Notes: generated by a model not told the origin, from the letters alone. 64,000 nt of DNA from Octopus vulgaris (GCA_951406725.2 OX597824.1:13330001-13394000); one strand, 5' to 3'. Shown: positions 37,887-51,847, numbered from the stretch's first letter. Numbers and translations are program-made.

Positions 37887-38193
37887 TTGGTAAACACCCA
37901 CAAAGTTATCAACCACCTCACCAACAACAACACTGAACACCTTTTTGATCTCCATGAGTCTAACTCACGTGGACATGCCTACAAAGTCAGAAAACAACAC
38001 AGCTCCCATGACTTTCGGAAACATTTTTTCACGCTCAGAGTTGCTGAAGCATGGAATAAACTGCCTGCGTCAGTTGTTGACTGCCATGACACTGCATCCT
38101 TTAAGGCCCTCATGCTTTCCGAAATCCGCCGAAACTACACCTGATTATATATACACTTTAAATGCGTTGTAGTGCACCTGAGCACTGTACACA

Positions 38194-38243
<50 letters not shown>
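37887..38243 (+). mobile_element. 3' end of a CR1/L2-group LINE (ORF2 C-terminus, 3' UTR hairpin, (ATT)n tail)
   Basis: SRGHAYKV...RKHFFTLRVAEAWNKLPASVV..ASFK is the typical CR1/L2 C-terminal signature. Hairpin agtgc-acctga-gcact precedes (ATT)n. Confidence 0.85.
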
Positions 38244-38244
<1 letters not shown>

Positions 38245-38626
38245 TAAAAAGGGTGCCTATCTCTGCTCGTGACTACATAGGCCCCTAAAGCAATTAATGA
38301 AAGCAGTTATGTTACCTAGACATACTTCTTCTGAAGTGATGGTTGTAGTTATGGTGACCAATCCAATACGTCTAATAAATCCGACAGTCAAATTGCAAGT
38401 AAGCATTATTACCAAAACGTGTTACTAATTAAACCTGTCACTAATTAAACCTTACAGTTAACCTGACACCGACCCTTACCAGTATGACCAACTAATAACT
38501 AACTTTTTACTGCTAACACCAACTACTACTAAATCTCATCATCGAACGGGGTAACTTCTCAAACGAGGGTTCATCTGAACCTTGGGAGTTCATATAAGAT
38601 TTTTTTTCTTATCATTTATGTATGCA

Positions 38627-38789
38627 GGCGCAGGAGTGGCTGTGTGGTAAGTAGCTTGCTTACCAACCACATGGTTCCGGGTTCAGTCCCACTGCGTGAC
38701 ACCTTGGGCAAGTGTCTTGTACTATAGCCTCGGGTCGACCAAAGCCTTGTGAGTGGATTCGGTAGACAGAAATTAAAAGAAGCCCGTCG

Positions 38790-38863
<74 letters not shown>

Positions 38864-39058
38864 TGTTTGTCCCCCCAACATCGCTTGACAACCGATGCTG
38901 GTGTGTTTACGTCCCCGTAACTTAGCAGCTCAGCAAAAGAGACCGATAGAATAAATACTAGGCTTACAAAGAATAAGTCCTGGGATCGATATGCTCGACT
39001 AAAAGGTGGTGCTCCAGCATGGCTGCACTCAAATGACTGAAACAAAAGAGTAGAAGAG
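38627..39058 (+). mobile_element. SINE family B
   Basis: Full-length copy. Confidence 0.9.
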
Positions 39059-39134
39059 TATGCTTCTACACTGCAGAAAATATTTTGACATTTTTTAATA
39101 TACAATTCCTAACATTTAATTAAAAAAATATAAT

Positions 39135-39352
39135 ACTCTTTTTACTATTTTTACTTGTTTCAGTTATTTGACTGCGGCCATGCTGGAGCACCGCCTTTAG
39201 TCGAGCAAATCGACTCCGGGACTTATTCTTTGTAAGCCCAGTACTTATTCTATCGGTCTCTTTTGCCGAACCGCTAAGTGACGGGGACGTAAACACACCA
39301 GCATCGGTTGTCAAGCAATGCTAGAGGGACAAACACAGACACACAAACACAT

Positions 39353-39387
<35 letters not shown>

Positions 39388-39558
39388 CACATATACGACA
39401 GGCTTCTTTTAGTTTCCGTCTACCAAATCCACTCACAAGGCTTTGGTGGGCCCGAGGCTATAGCAGAAGACACTTGCCCAAGGTGCCACGCAGTGGGACT
39501 GAACCCGGAACCATGTGGTTGGTTAGCAAGCTACTTACCACACAGCCACTCTTGCGCC
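39135..39558 (-). mobile_element. SINE family B
   Basis: Full-length copy, tail-to-tail with 38627-39058. Confidence 0.9.
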
Positions 39559-40179
39559 TAATAATAGGAATTTTTTTTTTAAATACGGAAGAATATGAGG
39601 ATCCACCTGAATAAAATAGCGATCAAAAAGGTTTATAAATATAAAATGTTTGATAAACACTGATCTAGGTGGGCGCTATATTTGCTAGAAATAACAACCC
39701 AATCTTCCTTGAAATCATATCCTACCGCTTAAAAATATATTAAAAAAAAAAAAAACAAGCTATTGTAGTCCTTGGTATATAGTGTCAGAATGGTCGCGCA
39801 TGAGATGCTTTTCGTTACAGGTTCGCTCAAACAACAACAACAGGAACAATAATATAAGTGGTAACCGCACCAACGATAGCAGCAGGAGTATTAACAAAGA
39901 CACCATTTCGTCAAAACATAATTCCTAACATTGTTATACTAACACGAACGCTTTTTCTTTTTGTTTTTTATATTTTTCGTTAAAGTGGGTATAGGTGTTA
40001 CCGACTCAAGCGACCCTCAGTATACGGGGGGGGGGCGGAGATTAGCGAACCCCAGAAAAAATATAGAATAGAGCTGAAGGGGATTCGAACTCAGTCTGTA
40101 AAGGCTGGAAGCTAAATACAGTAAGGTGTTTCTTTTATCGCTTTATCACTTCTGCCAACCTTCATCATCCTGTCACACG

Positions 40180-41804
40180 GAAAAGTTAAGGAGGGAGCCA
40201 CCACCTAGTCAATCTATTCGCTAGAAATAGCAGCCAAGTTTCTCTGAAATTACACTAAGCCGATTTAGAGAAAAGTTAAGGAGGGAGCCACCACCTAGTC
40301 AATCTATTCGCTAGAAATAGCAGCCAAATTTCTCTGAAATTACACTATGCCGATTTAGAGAAAAGTTAAGGAGGGAGCCACCACCTAGTCAACCTATTCG
40401 CTAGAAATAGCAGCCAAGTTTCTCTGAAATTACACTATGCCGATTTAGAGAAAAGTTAAGGAGGGAGCCACCACCTAGTCAACTTATCCGCTAGAAATAG
40501 CAGCCAAGTTTCTCTGAAATTACACTATGCCGATTTAGAGAAAAGTTAAGGAGGGAGCCACCACCTAGTCAATCTATTCGCTAGAAATAACAGCCGAAAT
40601 TCTCTGAAATTACACTCTACCGATTTAGAGGAAAGTTAAGGAGGGAGCCACCACCTAGTCAACCTATTCGCTAGAAATAGCAGCCAAGTTTCTCTGAAAT
40701 TACACTCTACCGATTTAGAGGAAAGTTAAGGAGGGAGCCACCACCTAGTCAATCTATTCGCTAGAAATAACAGCCGAGTTTCTCTGAAATTACACTCTAC
40801 CGATTTAGAGAAAAGTTAAGGAGGAGCCACCACCTAGTCAATCTATTCGCTAGAAATAGCAGCCAAGTTTCTCTGAAATTACACTATGCCAATTTAGAGA
40901 AAAGTTAAGGAGGGAGCCACCACCTAGTCAATATATTCGCTAGAAATAGCAGCCAAGTTTCTCTGAAATTACACTCTACCGATTTAGAGTAAAGTTAAGG
41001 AGGGAGCCACCACCTAGTCAATCTATTCGCTAGAAATAACAGCCGAGTTTCTCTGAAATTACACTCTACCGATTTAGAGGAAAGTTAAGGAGGGAGCCAC
41101 CACCTAGTCAATCTATTCGCTAGAAATAGCAGCCAAGTTTCTCTGAAATTACACTCTACCGATTTAGAGGAAAGTTAAGGAGGGAGCCACCACCTAGTCA
41201 ATCTATTCGCTAGAAATAGAAGCCAAGTTTCTCTGAAATTACACTCTACCGATTTAGAGAAAAGTTAAGGAGGGAGCCACCACCTAGTCAATATATTCGC
41301 TAGAAATAGAAGCCAAGTTTCTCTGAAATTACACTATGACGATTTTAGAGAAAAGTTAAGGAGGGAGCCACCACCTAGTCAATATATTCGCTAGAAATAG
41401 CAGCCAAGTTTCTCTGAAATTACACTCTACCGATTTAGAGAAAAGTTAAGGAGGGAGCCACCACCTAGTCAATCTATTCGCTAGAAATAGCAGCCAAGTT
41501 TCTCTGAAATAACACTATGCCGATTTTAGAGAAAAGTTAAGGAGGGAGCCACCACCTAGTCAACCTATTCGCTAGAAATAGCAGCCAAGTTTCTCTGAAA
41601 TTACACTATGCCAATTTAGAGAAAAGTTAAGGAGGGAGCCACCACCTAGTCAATCTATTCGCTAGAAATAGCAGCCAAGTTTCTCTGAAATCACATTATG
41701 CCGATTTAGAGAAAAGTTAAGGAGGGAACCACCACCTAGTCAATCTATTCGCTAGAAATAGCAGCCAAGTTTCTCTGAAATTACACTACAGATTTAGAGA
41801 AAAG
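40180..41804. repeat. Satellite, ~18 x 90 bp
   Basis: Unit gaaaagttaaggagggagccaccacctagtcaatctattcgctagaaatagcagccaagtttctctgaaattacact...gatttaga, highly similar between copies. Confidence 0.95.
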
Positions 41805-41971
41805 ATATGTTGGGTTACGCGGTTATCGGCTTCCTCTATGCAGGTAAAAGTCATGATGGTCACGGACGGACATTTTATTTTATCGCAGGTTTGCTCAAAC
41901 AAGGCTGAAACAGGGTTGAAGAACAAAAGACATAGCCCTCACAGTTTTGTAAATATTGCAGCACAACATAC

Positions 41972-42008
<37 letters not shown>

Positions 42009-42010
42009 AG

Positions 42011-42060
<50 letters not shown>

Positions 42061-42454
42061 GTGTGCCAGCATGTGCGTGCAGTGTGCAATGTTGGTTGTA
42101 ATATGAACGCAATGCTTGAAAACCAAATGATACGGTGAGCCAATGAGAAGACCTCTATGTGGTAGCTAAAAATGCTAGAAATAACAGCCGAATTCTTTCT
42201 TAAATCACATGCTTTAACTGTCTTAGTAAAAAAGGTCTGAGAAAAAGGGGCTTTTTGGAGAATGGGACGCAATGGCTGTGGCCGCAATACCCTTCGATGA
42301 CAAGTCTACTACAACCTAAACTACAACAATAACAACAACAACAACAACAGCAACAACAGCAACAAAATTAACCGTAACAACAGCAACAATGATACGATGC
42401 AGTGTTGCCACCACCGCCGTCACCACACGTGACCCCCCCCTCCACCAACACCCC

Positions 42455-43025
42455 TACCACTACTACCACGTCCAGCACTGCACCACTTGCTACTACTACT
42501 ACTACTACCACTACTACTAATACTACCACCACCACCACCACCACCACTACTACTACTACTACTACCACCACCACCACCACCACCACCACCACCACTACTA
42601 CTACTAATACTACCACCACCACCACCACCACCACCACCACCACCACTCCACCACCACTACTACTACTACTACCACCACCACCACCACCACCACCACCACC
42701 ACTACTACTACTACTACTACCACCACCACCACCACCACCACCACCACCACCACCACTACTACTACTACTACCACCACCACCACCACCACCACCACCACCA
42801 CTACTACTACTACTACCACCACCACCACCACCACCACCACCACCACCATCAACTCGAATACCACTACCACTACTACATTTTCTATGGACACTACTACTGC
42901 TATAAACACATGACACCACACTACTATTACTACTACTACTACTACTACTACTATCACCGTACTATCTGTCCTCACTACCAACACTATCTCTACTGCAACC
43001 CACACTATAACCACCACCACCACCA
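42455..43025. repeat. Alternating (CCA)n/(CTA)n microsatellite
   Basis: Read directly from the sequence. Confidence 0.95.
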
Positions 43026-43184
43026 AAAACAACCACGGCGTTTTTAATCACCCTTCCCCGAACGCTACCAATACTACCACGACCATCACCGCAAATTGCA
43101 CCACCATTATCACCACTACACCACCAACAGCACCAACACTACAACGACCACCACCACCGTTACCGCCACCAGGGCCGCTACACC

Positions 43185-43750
43185 ACCGTACTATTATTAC
43201 TACTGCTACTCATACCATTCCACCAAAACTACCAGAACTACCAGCACCAAGACCACGACAATCATCAGCACTACTACCTGTACTACAACTAAACCACCAC
43301 CACCACAGCCACCACCACCGTACTATTATTACTACTGCTACTCATACCATTCCACCAAAACTACCAGAACTACCAGCACCAAGACCACGACAATCATCAG
43401 CACTACTACCTGTACTACAACTAACCCACCACCACCACAGCCACCACCACCACCACTATCTCTATCACTACTGCTACTCATACCATTCCACCAAAACTAC
43501 CAGAACTACCAGCACCAAGACCACGACAATCATCAGCACTACTACCTGTACTACAATTAACCCACCACCACCACAGCCACCACCACCACCACTATCTCTA
43601 TCACTACTGCTACTCATACCATTCCACCAAAACTACCAGAACTACCAGCACCAAGACCACGACAATCATCAGCACTACTACCTGTACTACAACTAACCCA
43701 CCACCACCACTACCACCTCCACCACCACCACTATCTCTATCACTACTGCT
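43185..43750. repeat. Tandem repeat, ~4 x 132-136 bp, built from CCA/CTA low-complexity DNA
   Basis: ctgctactcataccattccaccaaaactaccagaac recurs at ~43203, 43334, 43471 and 43607. Confidence 0.9.
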
Positions 43751-43808
43751 ACTACTACAAACTACTACAGGTGCTGCTTGCCGTCGTTGCAGCTCTTGGT
43801 ATTGTTGT

Positions 43809-43846
<38 letters not shown>

Positions 43847-44271
43847 CTATTCCTGCCAAAGTTTCTGCTGCAGTAGTTCATGGTGTTGTTGTTCTTGTTG
43901 CAGTTGTTGTTGTTGCTGTTGTTCGCTACTACTCCTGCAGTTGCTGCTACCACAAAATTTTGCGTAATGTACCCCCCCCCCCACCCCAAATACCGGCATT
44001 GGAGCAAATAAAAGAAAAACATCACCGTTGCTGTTGTTCTTGTTGTTGTTATTGTCATTATTGTTGCTGTTTGTTTTTGTTAGTATTATTTTCATTATTA
44101 TTCTAATTGCAAATTCCAGCGATTACTCCTCTGCTCCCCCCCCCCCCACCCTCGTTCTTTCGGGGTCGATGAAATAAGTATCATTTGAACACTAGGGAGG
44201 GGGGGGCGGTCGATGTAATCCGTTTACACATCCCCAATAAATTTTCAGACCTTGTGCCTATAGCAGAACAG

Positions 44272-44333
<62 letters not shown>

Positions 44334-44361
44334 CATCATCATCATTATTATTATTATTATT

Positions 44362-44479
44362 GAGTGAGAGAGCAGTGCATGCCATCAAAGGGACACTGGG
44401 GTAAAATATACGAAGCCCAATATACCCATCATGACTACCCGTTTGATAAGAGTACACCAGGCATATGCATCACAACCAT
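44362..44479 (-). mobile_element. (TAA)n-targeted retro-fragment
   Basis: Same sequence as the start of the 36967 copy, embedded in (ATT)n. Confidence 0.7.
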
Positions 44480-44486
44480 ATTATTA

Positions 44487-44572
<86 letters not shown>

Positions 44573-44596
44573 AATATTATTATTATTATTATTATT

Positions 44597-44713
44597 GAGT
44601 GAGAGAGCAGTGCATGCCATCAAAATGACACTGGGGTAAAATGTACGAAGCCCAGTATACCCATCATAACTACCCGTCTGATAAGGGTACACCAGGCACA
44701 TGCATCACAACCA

Positions 44714-44714
<1 letters not shown>
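44597..44714 (-). mobile_element. (TAA)n-targeted retro-fragment
   Basis: Same family and same length as 44362-44479. Confidence 0.7.
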
Positions 44715-44770
<56 letters not shown>

Positions 44771-44789
44771 CATTATTATTATCATTATT

Positions 44790-44848
<59 letters not shown>

Positions 44849-44867
44849 CATTATTATTATCATTATT

Positions 44868-44920
<53 letters not shown>

Positions 44921-44939
44921 CATTATTATTATCATTATT

Positions 44940-45011
<72 letters not shown>

Positions 45012-45012
45012 A

Positions 45013-45160
45013 GGCTGCGAACTGGCAGAATATTTACCGCGCCGGAGAACAAAAAAAGAAAAGAAAAACAAAAATCCTTGGCGGTGAGTTCAAATTCCAC
45101 CGAGGTCAACTTTACCTTTCACCCTTTCGGGGGGTCGATAAAATAAAGTACCAGTTAAGC
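45013..45160 (+). mobile_element. Degenerate SINE family A
   Basis: ggctgcgaactggcagaa head, gagttcaaattcc and core. Confidence 0.7.
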
Positions 45161-45268
45161 CATGTGCCTATTGAGAGAAAGAAGTATAATTGTGTTATTA
45201 CTGTTGTTGCGGTAGTAGTAGTAGTGGTGGTGGTGGTGGTGGTGGTCGTGGTGTTGGTGGTGGTGTTG

Positions 45269-45308
<40 letters not shown>

Positions 45309-45744
45309 CAGTAGTAGTAGTAATATTGCCGTAGTGGCTGTAGTAATGTAGCATTGTTGTTATTCGTTTACCGCTGCAGCAGCAGTTGTTGTTGTCATTT
45401 TGTTGTTGTGCTTGTTGTTGTAATTGTTGTGGTCGTTCATCGTGCGCGGACACCTGTTATTGTTGTTGTTGTTGCTGTTGTTGTTGGTGGCGGTGGCGGT
45501 GATGGTGTCTTTTACCTTTTATTTGAAAGAGAAAGAAAAAAATCATTATTATTATTATTACTATTGTTGTTGTTGTTGTTGTCGATTCCACTATCATTGT
45601 TGTTGTTGTTACTACAGTTCGCTTTGCTTTTGTTTGTCTATTTATTTATTTATTGTTGCAGCTATCATCATCATCATCATCATCATCATCATTATCATCA
45701 TCATCATCATCATCATCATCAGTATTATTATCATTATTATTATT

Positions 45745-45874
45745 GAGTGAGAGAGCAGTGCATACCATTATTATTATTATCATTATTATCATTATTATTA
45801 TTATTATCATCATCATCATCATCATCATTATTATTATTATTATTATTATTGAGTGAGAGAGCAGTGCATGCCAT
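45745..45874 (-). mobile_element. Two 24-bp stubs of the (TAA)n-targeted element (45745-45768, 45851-45874)
   Basis: gagtgagagagcagtgcat(a/g)ccat within (ATT/ATC)n. Confidence 0.65.
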
Positions 45875-45910
45875 TATCATTATTATCATTATTATTATTA
45901 TTATTATTAC

Positions 45911-45943
<33 letters not shown>

Positions 45944-46639
45944 CATCGTCATTAACTGTTGCCGTGTTTATTGTTGCGGTATTTATTGTAATTATTACCG
46001 TTATTGTTTCTGCCTCTAGCAGACCATAATTCCACGGAACAGGCAATAACTACCAGTAAAACTACATAGATTCATACCACTACTTGTTCTCTGACAGTAT
46101 TGTGAGAATTGGTACAGCCAGCATACAGTAAACATACATACATACACACATAATACATACATACATACATATACACACACATACATATATTTTATACATG
46201 TGCACCAGTACGGATAGGTGCGCAATATTATCCCTGACCAGTAAACTTGTGCGCACACTTAAAAGTGACGCATATCACACACATATTTCTTCGGAATCTC
46301 AAGAACACAGACGCATACACATACGCACACGCAGACACACACACACACCGACACACACTCACATGCAGAGAGACGTGTACGCATGCACAAATGAAACTAG
46401 ATAAACACGCGTGCGCGAAGCTGATAGATTCTCATACACACTAACGCTTTGGTTTATGCACACATAGACAATAAACAAAGGAACACACACACACACATTC
46501 TAACACTCAAAACCCTCACTCTATCTCTCTCTCTCTCTATCGCTCACTCTTCCCATCTCGTTCTCTCTCCCTCGTAAACCTCTCCGTTTCTCTCCTAAAC
46601 ACACAAACACGCACACACATACATACACGCATCTATATA

Positions 46640-47306
46640 TATTTATATAGCGACACTTCATCCACGTACATAGCATGCGATAAGGTTTTAGTTAGGCGAA
46701 GCACCTTGCGCAAAACCGAATTTGTTTTCACAGTTGGCGGTAAAATTTCCTCCCGTTCTGCAAACGAATTGCATTACAACTGGTTTCTTTTTTCATTTAC
46801 CTAAATAATTTCACTGAATCAACAACTTTACCTTTCTTTCACACACACAATAGTTCCTTTTTTCAAAACCCTATCGCTCTCCTTGAAACTTTTTCATTTT
46901 CCTTTTGTTATTCAAATAAGATCATTCCGTAATTGAGAAAACAAATTTGTTTTACTTCTCACGGAAGGAGAATAGTAACTGACAGGCTGAAACACAGTGG
47001 AGAAAACGTCAACAATTTGATAATAATATATTGATAAAACTAGTCATACTTGAAAGCCGACCAATAGGAAAAGAGCCTGTCAGTTTTATCAGAATTTTTT
47101 TTTTACCTTCAATAGACGAAAGTAAGGCATTTGATATCAGCCGTGTTCGCTTTTGATTTATATAATAACCACTCACTAACAAAACTTAAACAAACACCAC
47201 TGCGAACACTCTACTTACGAAGAGTTCATTTACCTCGGTTAACGTGGACACCACATCGGTTAAATCACTTTCGGCACCTAAAAGTACCAAAGGTCTTACG
47301 GAAATG
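46640..47306 (+). other. Candidate promoter and first exon ending in ATG followed by a splice donor
   Basis: ~650 bp of unique, repeat-free sequence after a TATA-like tract, ending gaaATG|GTAAGG and followed by a U-rich intron-like stretch. No transcript evidence. Confidence 0.3.
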
Positions 47307-47790
47307 GTAAGGGATCCTTTTCTTCTATTATTTTCCTTTTTTATTTAAAAGAAAAAAAAAAGTCATCGTATATTTCGTTTTTTTTTTCTTCTTTCCTTTT
47401 TAATTTCATTCAAAGGAAAATTCATTCACAGACTAAAAATGAGGTTAGGCGTGGAAAAAGTAGATATATAAATGAAGTATAAACATTTAAAGATCGGGAA
47501 ATTTTATAGATAAAAAATAAATAAAAGAAGACTGTCGTGAACTTTAGTCATATTGGATCTATGTTGTTGTCATTTTAACTACTTTTTCTGCAATAGTAGT
47601 ATCGATAAAGTACTGACGTGTATCATTTAACACGCTTACTTAATTTTACGTTTAAATCTGAATGTAACTGTGTTTGTTAAATACTAGTCAAGTTTTCGAG
47701 GTTGATGCCATCCACGAAAAATTGCTAGCTCGGTGCCGAAATAAAAGAACGATTATTATTAATACTATTATTATTATTAGTATTATTAAT

Positions 47791-48163
47791 GTGGCGAGCT
47801 GGCAGAAACGTTAGCACGCCGGGCGAAATGCTTAGCAGTATTTCGTCTGCCGTTACGTTCTGAGTTCAAATTCCGCTTTGCCTTTCATCCTTTTGGGGTT
47901 TATAAAATAAGTACCAGTTACGCACTGCGGTCGATGTAATCGGCTTAATCCATTTGTCTGTCTTTGTTTGTTCCCTCTGTGTTTAGCCCCTTGTGGGTAG
48001 TAAAGAAATAGGTATTTCGCCCGTCGCTACGTTCTGAGTTCAAATTCCGCTCAGGTCGACTTTGCCTTTCATCCTTTCGGGGTCGGTAAAATAATACGAG
48101 TGAAGCGCTGGGGTCTGGCCCCCTCCCCCCAAAATTTCAGGCCTTGTGCCTATACTAGAAAGG

Positions 48164-48198
<35 letters not shown>

Positions 48199-48935
48199 GG
48201 CGGCGAGCTGGCAGAATCGTTAGCACGCCGGGAGAGATGCTTAGCGGCATTTCGTCCGTCTTTACGTTCTGAGTTCAAATGCCGCCGAGGTGGCTTTTGC
48301 CCTTCATCCTTTCGGAGTCGATAAATTAAGTATCAGTAAATCACTGAGGTCGATTACATCGACTAGTTTCTTCCCCCAAAAAAAATTTCAGGCCTTGTGC
48401 CTTTAACAGAAAGGATTATTACTATTATAACTGGGGGACGTATTCAGCATTTGATATGGTTTCTTGGGTAAAGATAGTTCTTTTTATGCTACAAATGTTT
48501 TTGAGAAAAGCATGAACGTCACACTTTCTTATTCTCTGTTCAGTTATATTTGCGGTCTTGTGCCTTTTATATTTTGCTTGCTTTTATCGCATTTTTCTTC
48601 CTCTTCCTTTTTTACAGCAGCTTTTATATGTAAAACACCACAAATTGTAAACTGTTCTTGTAATGTCCCCCTCCCCTGATGTCCTTGTGGCAAATAAAAG
48701 AAATTGTGAATCTAATAAGGGCGGTGAGCTGGCAGAATTTTTAGAACGTCAAAAAATAATGCTTTGCGGTATTTTTTCGGACCTACTAAGTTCTGAGTTC
48801 AAATTCCATTCAAGTCGACTTTGCCTTTCATTTGTTTGAAGTCAATAACATAAATACCAGTTGAGTACTGGGGTCGATGATATTGACATGTCTCCTCCTC
48901 TTCTGAAAATGACTGGCCTTGTGCCAAAATTAGAA
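47791..48935 (+). mobile_element. SINE family A: dimer (47791-48165) and monomers (48199-48416, 48719-48935)
   Basis: Heads, B-boxes, cores and ...agaaaggattattatt tails. Confidence 0.9.
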
Positions 48936-50884
48936 AATAATATTATTATAATTGTCGTTCTTTACAAATAATGATTCTAATTGTGCCTAACTGTATGCAT
49001 ATAGAAATTAATTAAAAAAACAAAAAAACTTTTCGTTTGAATTCTGAGTTCAAATCAAAGTAAGGTTAGCAACAAGAAGCAGTTAATTAATGTTGCGAGA
49101 TTGGCAGGCCTCGTGATTAACGCAAGAAATTATCGTGGCGGAGCTCTCTACATGATTCCATGTCTATGTTATTTAGTTTCCATAGCCTTATATTTACGTT
49201 ATGCATGAACGTCTCAAAATCACTGCATATCCCTCTTAACGTAAGTCACAGGATTTCTTTAAAACGATTCATGTGACCAAAACAAATGTTGGTGTTGTTA
49301 TTGTGTTTACGCTATTTGATTTGAAGCGGGAATATGTCCTCAGCAAAGCGTTTACAGTTTCTTTATACACTCGCTGGCTACCGCGATGCTATTCTTAGCA
49401 AATCATTCCCATTTCAAAATTAATCCAATCGTAGTACCGAGGACTGTGCATTTGCATTCACTTGTGGTTTGTTCTTGTCAAATACTGCCAATTAAATATT
49501 CCCATTAAAGCTTTTTATTTTAAAGTAATCACGGATTTCGTTTGGTTAAAATCGGCGGCTTATTATTTGTTTTATTTTTCAAATGCTAAATTTAATGTCA
49601 GAAAAATTAAAAAATGGTGTTGAAAGTGAGAAATGAGAAGTATCTCTTCACTGACCATTCAGCTCTTGTTATGCACATTAATTAATGAACATATATGCAT
49701 TCTTTATCAACGTGTTCATTTGCGTTGTATTTCTGAAGACAGAAGCATAACTGCGGCTGCGTAAGTATCCATACATAACGAGAAGGCCGCAACCGGTACT
49801 TGTGCCATAGGCTGCAATATGTAGACAAGCAGAGATAAATTTCTGATAAACAAATTTGCACTTCTCATTCGAAAGCTGTTAACGTTTAGAGAAGTCCCTA
49901 GACGCAAAGTAATCTATTTGCATTGACAGTCAAATCGAGTCGGAGAGAGAGCACCTACATGATCGCTCGACATGCTAAAAATAAGAAACAAATCATCCTC
50001 AAATCATAGCCTGCTTATTAAAGCTAACCTGCTACTTTCTTTGTTCAAATGCTGCCGAGATCAACTTTGACTTTCTTCTCTCCATAGCCGATAGAAAAAA
50101 AAGTTAAGTACTGGGGGCGACTAAACCCCTTCCTTCGAAATTTCTAGCATTTTACCAAAGTCATAAACAATTAGGATGGTGAATCGACAGAATCGTTTGA
50201 GACTCGCAGAAAATGTCTTTCTCTTTATATTCTGGCAATGTACATTCAGAGCTCAAATTCCGACGAGGTCAAAGTTAACCTCGGCGGGATTTGAACTCAT
50301 CCGTCCGGGATCGATAACAAAAAGTCCCATTAAAAAAAAGGGATTGATGAAATCGACTAATACGCACCCCTCAAATTTCGTGACCTTGTGCTTAAATCGG
50401 AAACATTATTATTATTAATTTTATTGGGAAAACGGTCTTGCAGTAATTAATTACAAGACTTTCCCACTCCGAGTTCAAACCCCGTTGAAGTAAACATTGC
50501 CTTTCCTCACTTAAGGGTCGATAAAATAAAGTATCAGTCAAGGGACTCAATGGTATCAACTTACCACCCCACCTCTCTCAAAACTGTTGGCATCGTGCCG
50601 AATATAGCAAAAATGATTATTATTATGATTATTGGAAAAAAAGGGGCAGTGTATGGAGAATCGTTGGAGTGTCATATATAATGCATTGCGGTATTAAATT
50701 AGAACAGTTTCAGTTCTGAGTTTAGCTCCCACCCGTATATTAGATTGCTCCCTTTTCCAAACATTTCTATCATCATTATTATTGGAAAAATGTATCGATG
50801 TAACAACATGCAATTATTTTTTCGTTTAAACCTCCACCACTTCTTCTCCTTTAACATGACTGAACGTCGGTGTACAATGTTATA

Positions 50885-51121
50885 GAGTAACCCCTCACCA
50901 TTTCGCAGTTCACCAATCGCGCTTTATTATTTAAGCTTATGTCGATTTCTCCTTTTTATTGTTTTGCATTTATAATAAAATAAATATATACAAATTATAA
51001 AATTAATAAAAAGGGAAAAAAAAAGTTATACAGTACAGTATTGTTTCTACTTCGCTGATTTACCCCTATCGTGGTGAGGATTTGAAACGTAACACCCGCG
51101 ATAGTCGAGGGGTTACTACTG
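50885..51121. mobile_element. pogo/Tigger-like MITE, second copy
   Basis: TIRs agtaacccctc / gaggggttact, TA flanks, internal similarity to 14175-14424. Confidence 0.65.
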
Positions 51122-51811
51122 TACGTAGCAAGAGCAAAATAAAGGGCAGCAGGGGTTTCCATTCCTAGGAGCAACTTGATGCAGACTGAACATTCGTTTG
51201 TACAAAACACTGAGTAATACATGTGTGTGTGTGTGTGTGTGTGCGTGTGTGTGTATGAGTGTGTGTGTGTGTGTGTATGTGCGTGTGTGTGTGTGTGTGA
51301 GTGGCACAAAGACCATTTAGATATTAACAAAATACTATTTCAGCAAACACACGTTAACTCTATAATACCTGATGCATTATTAATGACTGTGTGTCCCCCA
51401 CCATCACCACCATCACATTCACTCAACTGCTCTCATTCTCATTCCTCATCTCTCTCTCTCTCTCTCTCACTTTCTCTGCTTCTCTCACGTTTTCTCTCTC
51501 TCTAACTCACTCACTCACTCCCTCTTTGAATTCATCCATCTCTCCTTATGTTCCGACTCGTCAATTTTCTTCTCCAATTTAGGACAATGTAATGTCAGTA
51601 ATATTTATAACAGCATCAGCTTGACAAGGCTTAGAAATCGTATGCTTCTCTCTCTTTGCTTTTAATCTCTCGCCCTCCATTCTCTCCCTCTTTCTCTCTC
51701 TTTCACACACACTCACACACTCACACACACAAACACACACACATACATACATACATACATACATACATACATACATACATACATACATACACACACACAT
51801 ACATACATACA

Positions 51812-51847
<36 letters not shown>

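Larger units (their letters stand above)
44272..45011. repeat. (ATT/ATC)n microsatellite field interrupted by retro-fragments
   Basis: Read directly from the sequence. Confidence 0.95.

Noticed and set aside
40180-41804. Regular array resembling CRISPR
   Set aside because: The whole 90-bp unit is repeated with no unique spacers, there are no cas genes, and the context is eukaryotic.
42402-43560. Mucin- or extensin-like Thr/Pro-rich ORFs
   Set aside because: They are CCA/CTA repeats open in several frames, and unit lengths of 136 bp break the frame.
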